From positions 1-43,371 of IMG/VR virus record IMGVR_UViG_3300046786_000532: a stretch of DNA of 43,371 bases; one strand, 5' to 3'. Origin of the DNA: a virus (Duplodnaviria; Caudoviricetes). Each line of letters opens with the position of its first letter. The stretch's first letter is position 1. A program made the position numbers and the translations under genes. This document shows, piece by piece, positions 16,172 to 23,946 of this stretch. The notes beneath the pieces are model-generated. The model had not been told where the DNA came from and made no database searches. It saw nothing but the letters and a program-made list of their open reading frames with translations.

Positions 16172-16800
16172 GTAGGCTATAACAGTAGTAAAAAATGTAG
16201 AATAATCTTTTCAAAATAGTGTAGTTATAATGATGTAACAGTATAACCAGGCGATATAACCGCCCGCCAATCAACGAGCTTATAAGTATATGTATAGGTA
16301 TAAGTAGACTAGTAAAGATATAAGTACTAGTAGTGTAGTTGTATTGTAGTGAGGTGTATAAGCGTAGTGTAGGTATAGGTATATATAGTGCTATAAACGT
16401 ATATAAGACTGTATATGAGCTTGCAACAGTAAAGATGATGTTATGTGTATGTATGAGTATTGTATTGATTGTATGAGCGTTATGTAATGCAAGTGGTTTA
16501 GTACTGCACGTGTTACCAGCACAACCATGCATACACATTCTGTTCGTATTATGTTCGTTCGTATTTTGTTCGTGTCGCAAAAGATAGAATGTGCGACGTT
16601 ATCTAACAGAGGTAGCACTATCCTGCTAACATGTATCACTACCCCATACGCTATATATAGTGTAGTGAATGAAAGAAAAGAAAACAGAGGTAGAACAGGG
16701 GTGAAGTGGTGTAGTGTGTGGAATTGATGGGGGGTAGGTACCCCCCGAGTGTATGTGTATATATAAGGGTATCCTACCACTCGCTAAAAAAATGAATGAC
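16172..16800. other. Large non-coding, strand-skewed AT-rich region; candidate replication origin
   Basis: C-poor, G/T-rich + strand; only low-complexity spurious ORFs; G6-taggta-C6 hairpin at 16729-16746. Confidence 0.45.
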
Positions 16801-16809
16801 TTTGGTTTT

Positions 16810-17139
16810 TTACCAAAATAAATTTACTGGTTCTTTATATGTTTGTTTGAATTTAATAAACTTATTCCACTGTTTTTCATTTGGTTTGTGTGATGCACCA
16901 TTACTTGTTTCGATTAAGTGATCAGCTAGTCTGTATAGTTCTTCTACGTACTCTGTAGCAAGCCTCACAGCTTCCTGACGGTTCTTCCATGTGTTATAGG
17001 CTATGTAGGACAGTACAAAGTTTTCTGGTGTGCTCATGTCCCCGTAACCGCTTCCATTAAAAGCTGCAAAAGATAGCAGTAACCACTCTAGTCCTTGTGT
17101 CTTAGACTTTGGTCTAATTAGTTTAATTGTTTGTTCCAT
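16810..17139 (-). CDS. Hypothetical protein
   Basis: 109 aa; strong SD aaaggag. Confidence 0.7.
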   Translation of the reverse strand: MEQTIKLIRPKSKTQGLEWLLLSFAAFNGSGYGDMSTPENFVLSYIAYNTWKNRQEAVRLATEYVEELYRLADHLIETSNGASHKPNEKQWNKFIKFKQTYKEPVNLFW

Positions 17140-17598
17140 ATTACTCCTTTAACAACATTTCGCTTTCGCTCAACGTTGGGTTCGTTTCACTCACCTAGGT
17201 TAAAATTTTTTTCTTTTATTCCTTAACAGGAGTTAAAGTTACACTTTTCCCTACCTTCATCAGAGGTACATACAGTTTTAAACACTAGTTAGGCAGGAGA
17301 ACTTAGTCGGGGGATTCACAGGTTTTATACTGTGTCGTGCCCAGGTGTAGCTTTACCACTACCCCCGATATACGGCTTATAACGTGTTACGATAGTGGGC
17401 TTCACTATCCACGAAAGTACCTCTTTCTACGACGGTTATTACGCATCTGGGTGTTCCACGGCTTCGGAGGGTCCGTTTGTTTCCAGTGACGTTTACTCCT
17501 TATCCGATTTATACCCTGCCTGTTAAGATACTGGCCCTGGAAGATTTCCTTTATTAGTCTTTGGTCCTCTTCTTTAAACGGACAACACTGCGAAAGTG

Positions 17599-17626
17599 TT
17601 GACAACAGTGTATCACATGCTAAAAT
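17599..17626 (+). promoter_or_regulatory. Rightward promoter TTGACA-16-TAAAAT with extended TG
   Basis: ttgaca acagtgtatcacatgc taaaat. Confidence 0.6.
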
Positions 17627-17670
17627 GTAATTACAAGCCCACTAGATGGCTAAAGAGAACACTGCGATAT

Positions 17671-17697
17671 ATCCCACCGAAAGGTGGGATTCTCTTT
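17671..17697 (+). terminator. Intrinsic terminator-like hairpin upstream of terS
   Basis: atcccacc-gaaa-ggtgggat-tctcttt. Confidence 0.65.
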
Positions 17698-17716
17698 GTA
17701 TGATATAATTCACATT

Positions 17717-18151
17717 ATGAGTGGAAAAATAGAACAACCAAAAAAGAAGTTATCAATAAGAGACCGTAAGTTTGTAAGGAATAAGGTACTCGGTATGACC
17801 AACGCCCAAGCGTATGTAGAAGCAGGGTTCAAAGCCACGACAAAAGAGATTGCTAATGTCCATGGCTCTATTAAGCATCGTAAGCCACATATACAAGATG
17901 CTATTGATGAAGCCCTTACAAAGCATGGTTTAAGCCCTGAGTGGGCTGTAGAGCAGCTAGGTAAGGTTGCTGAACAAGATGCTGAGATTGGTGCTAAACG
18001 TTTAGCTGCTAAAGACATTCTTGAATTACATGGCTGGAATAAGTCGGAACGCCCAACTATGCAGTTACAGGTTAAAAATGCTTTCTTTGGTAATGGAAGA
18101 CAAACAAATCAAAAAGAAGTCATAGATGTCTCTAGCACAGATACAGAATAA
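17717..18151 (+). CDS. terS: Terminase small subunit
   Basis: LSIRDRKFV...TNAQAYVEAGF...KPHIQDAI HTH pattern; directly upstream of terL; likely ATG 17717. Confidence 0.8.
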   Translation: MSGKIEQPKKKLSIRDRKFVRNKVLGMTNAQAYVEAGFKATTKEIANVHGSIKHRKPHIQDAIDEALTKHGLSPEWAVEQLGKVAEQDAEIGAKRLAAKDILELHGWNKSERPTMQLQVKNAFFGNGRQTNQKEVIDVSSTDTE

Positions 18152-19445
18152 AAAGAGCATCACGCTTGATTTTAAACCTCATGCTTCCCAAGAAGAGATA
18201 GCAGCAGCCAGTCTAAAACATCGCTTCCTAGTTATAAGGGCAGGTAGGCGGTTTGGTAAAAGTGCTATTGCCCTTAATATCGTGCTTAGAGAGGCTCTAT
18301 ATAACCCAGGAAGGTATTGGATAATAGCTCCTGAGTATACCCAAGCTAAATCTATTTATTGGCGAGACCTTGTGGCTGAGTATGTGCCTAAAGGTTTGAT
18401 TATTAAAAAGAATGACAACGAGCTCATCCTAGAGCTGATGTCAGCCGTCCCAGGTAAGACTAGTATCATTGAGTTCAAGGGTAGTGATCGAGAAGATAAG
18501 CTCCGTGGGGCAGGTCTTAAAGGTGTCATCTTAGATGAGTATGCTTTCCAGAAAGAATATGTCTGGGACAAGATTGTGTCTCCTATGCTCACCCAGACAA
18601 ATGGTTGGGCTATTTTTATTACAACCCCTAATGGTGTAGCTAACCATTTTAAGAAGTTCTGGGACACCGCTGTAGCTAGAGAAGCTGATGGCGATGATGA
18701 TTGGAAGACCTTTCATTTCACAAGTTATGATAACCCGACAATTAAACGGGAGAACCTCGACAAAGAGCGTGAGCGTTTAACTGAAGAGTTCTTTACCCAG
18801 GAATACATGGCTGAGTTTGCTAAGTTTGCAGGGCTGATCTTCACCTCCTTCGATGAGAACAAACATATTCAGAACTTTGAAATAGATGAGAGCTGGTCAT
18901 TCTACCGAGCCATCGACTTCGGTGCCACTGATCCCAACGCTGTAAGCTTTATCGGAGTAGATAAAGACGATGTGGTCTATATCTATGATGAAATCTATAT
19001 TAACGACATCCACACCTCAGAACTAGCTGAGCTGATTAAACAGAAGTCCGCCCACCACTACTTTATTGGTACTTATGCCGATTCATCTGGTAAACAGCTG
19101 ATTATGGATCTTAGCGAGTACGGTGTCTATTCAACACCAGTTAAAAAGAACACTGGTGAAGGTAACAGACAGTGGATAATTGCAGGTATCAACCAGATCC
19201 AGCAACGCTTTAAAGAGGACAAGATAGTCATACACCCACGTTGTAAAGCAACCATTAAGGAATACATGAGCTATTCGTGGCGTAAAGACCGTCTGGGCGA
19301 GGCTGTGAACCTCCCAGAAGACAAAAACAACCACATTATAGATGAGAACCGCTACTTCTTTGCCATGTACAAGGGCATGTCCACTGATGAAGAGGAACTT
19401 AACTACCTGAACAGGGGAGTTGTAGATAGTGTTACTGGGTACTAA
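18126..19445 (+). CDS. terL: Terminase large subunit
   Basis: Walker A AGRRFGKS, Walker B VILDE, ITTP coupling motif, QEYMAEF, RNase H-like IDFG and NHIIDE.RY. Confidence 0.96.
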   Translation: MSLAQIQNKKSITLDFKPHASQEEIAAASLKHRFLVIRAGRRFGKSAIALNIVLREALYNPGRYWIIAPEYTQAKSIYWRDLVAEYVPKGLIIKKNDNELILELMSAVPGKTSIIEFKGSDREDKLRGAGLKGVILDEYAFQKEYVWDKIVSPMLTQTNGWAIFITTPNGVANHFKKFWDTAVAREADGDDDWKTFHFTSYDNPTIKRENLDKERERLTEEFFTQEYMAEFAKFAGLIFTSFDENKHIQNFEIDESWSFYRAIDFGATDPNAVSFIGVDKDDVVYIYDEIYINDIHTSELAELIKQKSAHHYFIGTYADSSGKQLIMDLSEYGVYSTPVKKNTGEGNRQWIIAGINQIQQRFKEDKIVIHPRCKATIKEYMSYSWRKDRLGEAVNLPEDKNNHIIDENRYFFAMYKGMSTDEEELNYLNRGVVDSVTGY

Positions 19446-19477
19446 TGTGATATTATTTGACTAGGATTACTAAAAAT

Positions 19478-21370
19478 ATGGCAAAAAAACAAGTAAAAAC
19501 AACAAAAATACCGAAAAAGACTAAGCAGAAACCAGATTTGGCTCAGCCAAACATTGAAGCAGCGAAAAAACTAGTTACTAACCGTTTCAAAAATGCTAAA
19601 CAGTTCCGAGAGAACGATCAAGAAGAGATTTGGAAGCGCAGTTATAACAACTGGCGTGGCGAACTAGATAAATCTATCTACCCATGGCGTTCTAAACTAT
19701 TCATTCCATGGTCATTTACCGTAGTAGAGACAATCATCCCCAAAATCTTTGCCCGTGACCCTAAGTGGCGAGCAATATCTCAATCACCCGACTTTCCACC
19801 AGAAGGCCCACGTGTAGTACAAGACCTACTTAACTACCAATGGGGTCTTATTGGTATGCGTACTAAGATGTATGACTTCATTAAAGACTCTCTGATGTAT
19901 TCTAAGGGCTTTGCCAAAGTTACTTGGAACTTCAAGACTCGCACCAAGACAATCGAAGAACCTGTTGTCGGTGAGAACGATGAAATTACCTTCGTTACTA
20001 GAAAAAAGAGCGATATTGAGCACGACGATCCTAATGTAGAGATCGTTGATCCGTTTGATGTCTATGTAGACCCCGATGCTACCAAGTTAGAGGACGCAGC
20101 CTACCTTATTCACCGTAAGACCGTACCGCTAAGTGATCTAAAAGATAACCCGAACTACAAAAACGTAGATCAGCTTTCAGAGTCAACTATTAAGGGCGTA
20201 CAGAACTCTAACTACGTCAAAGACTACCTACAAGACGAGACACGCTTCAAAAATAACTCTCCACAGCAAGACGAAGCTAAAGAGCTAGTCGAAGTGCTTG
20301 AATACTGGGAGAAAGACCGCCTTATTGTGGTTGCTAATCGTAGCGTTGTACTACGTGACTCACCAAACCCTTATCATCACAAGCAAATACCATTTGTTGA
20401 CCTCGATGACTACCGTGATCCACATAAGTACTACGGTCAATCTGAGCTTTCTGTTATTGACCCACTACAAAGAGAAATTAACTCTATCCGTAATCAACGT
20501 CGTGACTACGACAACCTTGCCCTTAACCCAGTTGTCCGTATGGTACCAGGTACACTTCGTAACCCGAACTCAGCTGTCATGGCACCAGGTAACGTATGGA
20601 TGGTATCTGACCTTAACAGTATGGATGTGTTCACCCTGCCACAACTACAGGGTACCGCTACGCAGATAGAGCAACAGACTGCACAAGACATCAAGATGTC
20701 TGTGGCTATTGATGAAATTGGTATTGGTCTATTACCTGAAGGTGGCCGACGATCTGCTACCGAAGTTGTAACTGCACAGAGTATGGCTGGTAAACGCTTC
20801 GCTATCAAGATCGCTCTACTAGAAGAGGCTGTTAAGAAGATCGGACAGTTAGTATTTGCCCTTAACCAGCAATTCCTAGACCAAGAACGCATGATCCAGA
20901 TAGTTGGCGAACGTGGTGCAACCGAATGGGTACAACTTGGCCCAGACGATATACGTGGTCAATACTTCATTAACGTCGAAACTGGCTCAATGCTACCAAA
21001 GGACGAAATTGCTGCCCGACAAGAGGCAATACAATTACTACAGTACATCACTCCAATTATTGGCCCAGTCATCCAAAGCAACCCAGCCGTTATCATGCCA
21101 GTGCTTCGTATGGTGCTTGATACATTTGAACTACCTGGTAAACAGGAAATCATGGACGAACTACAATCTGCTCTCGGCATGGCTAAAGAACAGCAACAGC
21201 AACAGCAAATGGCTGAACAAGCCAACATGGAAGCACAGGCTATATCTGCTTTACAGCAACAAGGCGGTGCCCCAGCAGAAGAGAGTATGAACCCTGATGT
21301 AGCCCCACCAGAAAACCTACAAGGTGCCCGTGCTGACCAAGAACTTGCATTACTTATGGGTAATCAGTAA
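19478..21370 (+). CDS. Portal protein (P22/SU10-like)
   Basis: ~630 aa after terL; VDPFDVYVDP, SATEV motifs; Q-rich C-terminus. Confidence 0.9.
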   Translation: MAKKQVKTTKIPKKTKQKPDLAQPNIEAAKKLVTNRFKNAKQFRENDQEEIWKRSYNNWRGELDKSIYPWRSKLFIPWSFTVVETIIPKIFARDPKWRAISQSPDFPPEGPRVVQDLLNYQWGLIGMRTKMYDFIKDSLMYSKGFAKVTWNFKTRTKTIEEPVVGENDEITFVTRKKSDIEHDDPNVEIVDPFDVYVDPDATKLEDAAYLIHRKTVPLSDLKDNPNYKNVDQLSESTIKGVQNSNYVKDYLQDETRFKNNSPQQDEAKELVEVLEYWEKDRLIVVANRSVVLRDSPNPYHHKQIPFVDLDDYRDPHKYYGQSELSVIDPLQREINSIRNQRRDYDNLALNPVVRMVPGTLRNPNSAVMAPGNVWMVSDLNSMDVFTLPQLQGTATQIEQQTAQDIKMSVAIDEIGIGLLPEGGRRSATEVVTAQSMAGKRFAIKIALLEEAVKKIGQLVFALNQQFLDQERMIQIVGERGATEWVQLGPDDIRGQYFINVETGSMLPKDEIAARQEAIQLLQYITPIIGPVIQSNPAVIMPVLRMVLDTFELPGKQEIMDELQSALGMAKEQQQQQQMAEQANMEAQAISALQQQGGAPAEESMNPDVAPPENLQGARADQELALLMGNQ

Positions 21371-21380
21371 TATATAGTTA

Positions 21381-21689
21381 ATGAACACAACTGATAACGT
21401 AGAAGCTGGTGTAAAAGATCAAATCAAGGAGTACCGAAAACTCCAAGATGTTGCTAATGATGAAAACTTTGAGACATTCTTTGAACTACAGCTAAAGACA
21501 GTAGCTGAAAAAATGCTCTGGTGTTTCCTATCTGGTAAAGAAGGTGACAACATCAAGACTTGGGATGACTTTTGCAAAGCCAAGGGCGAAGTAGTAGCAC
21601 GTTTACATCCTATACAGGAAGTGTATGGTGCTGAACACATGATTAAATACCTAGAACAGCAACTACAGCAGTACAAACAGCAACAGTAG
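21381..21689 (+). CDS. Hypothetical head-associated protein
   Basis: Small helical ORF between portal and scaffold. Confidence 0.7.
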   Translation: MNTTDNVEAGVKDQIKEYRKLQDVANDENFETFFELQLKTVAEKMLWCFLSGKEGDNIKTWDDFCKAKGEVVARLHPIQEVYGAEHMIKYLEQQLQQYKQQQ

Positions 21690-21718
21690 TTGACAATACC
21701 CAAGCAATAGCATTAAAT
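21690..21718 (+). promoter_or_regulatory. Promoter for scaffold/capsid, TTGACA-17-TTAAAT
   Basis: ttgaca atacccaagcaatagca ttaaat. Confidence 0.5.
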
Positions 21719-21727
21719 GAATATACA

Positions 21728-22507
21728 ATGCACGACGACACGCTAGACACAGGTGTGGAAGCCCCCGTAGCAACGGACACGGCAGAAGCCCCAGCAGTAC
21801 AGCCCGACGTACAGGTAGAACAAGTTGCCCCCGAAGCAGCTCAAGGCACAGAAGGAAACGAGCCTGAGATAACAGCAACGGACACGGCAGAGGAACGCCT
21901 ATACGCTGGCAAATATAAATCGGTAGATGACTTGGAGAAATCTTACACAGAGCTCCAGTCGAAAGCGACTAAGGATGCACAGGAAAAGGCCGAACTCGCA
22001 CGGATTCTCAATGAAACCTTTACTACCCCCGAAGCAGCCCCAGTGGTTCAAGCAGAGGACACGGATAGTTATGGAGACTACGAGACCCCAGACCCCGTAG
22101 CGCAGAAACTAGCGACTATTGAGCGAAAAGATGCAGTACGTGATTTCATCATGTCTCACCCAGACGCTAATGGCGAGAATGTAAACAAGATTTTACAGTC
22201 AGACCCTATAGTTGCGAATATAAACGGTTACGAGGCGAAGCTTGAATATGCCTATCTTAAAAGCAAAGCTAGTGCAGCCCCAGGGCTCGTAGCTGAAGCT
22301 GAAAAGCGAGCAAGCGAACAAACACAAGTAAAAATAGCTGAAAAGCAAGCAGCCCAAGTAGAGGGAGCTAGACAGCAATCGCAGCCAGCTGGGGAAGACG
22401 AAATGTCTACCAACCAACTGCGAAGTACCTTACGAGACGACAAAGCCTTTGATGCCTTAATTCAAAAAAGGTTCCCTGGCGTTTCAAAAATGCGAACTCG
22501 AACGTAA
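21728..22507 (+). CDS. Capsid scaffolding protein
   Basis: Acidic disordered N-terminus, YAGKYKSVDDLEKSYTELQ motif, coiled coils; upstream of the capsid gene. Confidence 0.85.
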   Translation: MHDDTLDTGVEAPVATDTAEAPAVQPDVQVEQVAPEAAQGTEGNEPEITATDTAEERLYAGKYKSVDDLEKSYTELQSKATKDAQEKAELARILNETFTTPEAAPVVQAEDTDSYGDYETPDPVAQKLATIERKDAVRDFIMSHPDANGENVNKILQSDPIVANINGYEAKLEYAYLKSKASAAPGLVAEAEKRASEQTQVKIAEKQAAQVEGARQQSQPAGEDEMSTNQLRSTLRDDKAFDALIQKRFPGVSKMRTRT

Positions 22508-22540
22508 GTTAGCTTTTCAAAAATATAAAGGAAAAATAAA

Positions 22541-23440
22541 ATGCCTATTGGACTTATTTCAGTCAACGACCAGACAATGGTTGAAGACGTTACAGATTTG
22601 ATTACTAACGTAGATTTTGAAAGTACACCTTTCTACTCTGCACTTGCCGAAGCGCAAGCAACAAACACGCTTCACCAGTGGTTAGTTGATAGCTACGCTT
22701 CAGCAGCCGACAACGCACAAGCTGAAGGTTACACAACTACTCACACCGACATTAGTGCTCCTACTCGAAGTACGAACGTAGTTCAACTCTTCGGTAAAGA
22801 GATCCGTGTATCTAACACCGAACAGCGTGTTGCACACTACGGAATGAGTGATCCATACACTTACCAGATGAAGAAAAAGATGACTGAGCTTGCTCGTGAC
22901 ATCGAAAAAGCTTTAGTTGCTGGTACACGTGCCTCTGGTGACTCTGGTGTCGCTCGTCGTCTTAATGGTGCAATCGCTTTGATTACTACCAACAAGACTG
23001 CACGAAACTCTGGTACTTCACTTTCAGAAACTGAATTCAACGATATTCTACAGGGTATCTACGATAACGGTACTGACATCTCAGTAGACAAAGCCTTTAC
23101 TGGCGCATCACTTAAACGAGTTATCTCTGGCTATACAGCTGGTTCAACTAAAAACGTAGATGCAAGCGGTAAAAAGCTTTTCAACACTGTTGGTGTTTAC
23201 GAAAGTGACTTTGGCGTAGTTAGCGTTCACCTCGAAAGAGAAGTTCCTACTACTGCTGGTAACAAGGGTATCTTGATGGTTGACTCAAGTAAGTGGCGTG
23301 TAGCTTACCTTACTGATGGTCGTCCTCAGCACATACCACTCGGTCTTTCTGGTTCAGCTAAGTCTGGTATCATCGAAACCGAACTTACGCTTGAAGCTCT
23401 TAACCAAAAGAGTTCAGCTTACCGTGTTGGCTATATCTAG
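22541..23440 (+). CDS. Major capsid protein (DUF5309/SU10-like HK97 fold)
   Basis: EDVTDLITNVD..TPF...HQWLVD, ELARDIEKAL, YESDFG, E.TLE motifs; followed by a strong terminator. Confidence 0.9.
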   Translation: MPIGLISVNDQTMVEDVTDLITNVDFESTPFYSALAEAQATNTLHQWLVDSYASAADNAQAEGYTTTHTDISAPTRSTNVVQLFGKEIRVSNTEQRVAHYGMSDPYTYQMKKKMTELARDIEKALVAGTRASGDSGVARRLNGAIALITTNKTARNSGTSLSETEFNDILQGIYDNGTDISVDKAFTGASLKRVISGYTAGSTKNVDASGKKLFNTVGVYESDFGVVSVHLEREVPTTAGNKGILMVDSSKWRVAYLTDGRPQHIPLGLSGSAKSGIIETELTLEALNQKSSAYRVGYI

Positions 23441-23459
23441 GCCTTAACAGCTTAAATAC

Positions 23460-23491
23460 AAAGAGGAGAGCTTCGGCTCTCTTTTTTGTTT
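23460..23491 (+). terminator. Intrinsic terminator after the capsid gene
   Basis: gagagc-ttcg-gctctc-ttttttgttt. Confidence 0.9.
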
Positions 23492-23573
23492 GACAAAATT
23501 CTAATGTTTGTAGATACTAGTCTTAACATACAAAAACTTCAAACAAAGAACAACTTAAGCAAACGGAGGGCAC

Positions 23574-23945
23574 GTGGGAGACACGATAGAGGGTAAAAAG
23601 AAGTACCAAGACATTGGCGATGCTGTTGGCATGCCAGATGCACAAGACAAAGCACACATAGAAAAGATACTACTAGCCTACGACAAAAAGCACCCAGGTG
23701 AGATTCAGTTCCACCGAGACTTCGCAAAAAACAACAGCACTGCTGGAACAAACGAGTTCGGTCTGGTATCGGGTAAATCGGCCAGCAGGGGTATAACATC
23801 GGCAGGTGTACGGTATATATTCGAGCTTCCACCAGAAGTTCACGCCAAGATTGAAGAATATATACCAACCATCTTTAGAAGCAAGAAGCACTTTAACTGG
23901 TTTAAAAAGAACTTTAAATACCTAATGATCCCAGAGAAAGGCTAA
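23574..23945 (+). CDS. Hypothetical protein heading the glycosylation cluster
   Basis: GTG start after ggagg; TTGACA-17-GATACT promoter candidate at 23490-23518. Confidence 0.7.
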   Translation: MGDTIEGKKKYQDIGDAVGMPDAQDKAHIEKILLAYDKKHPGEIQFHRDFAKNNSTAGTNEFGLVSGKSASRGITSAGVRYIFELPPEVHAKIEEYIPTIFRSKKHFNWFKKNFKYLMIPEKG

Positions 23946-23946
23946 C

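Noticed and set aside
16158-16780. ORFs 16158-16580, 16391-16780 and 16527-16727
   Set aside because: Low-complexity Y/I/T/H-rich translations caused by strand skew; no SD; overlapping each other
17405-17605. 66 aa minus-strand ORF
   Set aside because: TTG start without an SD, overlaps a promoter and structured sequence; not supportable as coding
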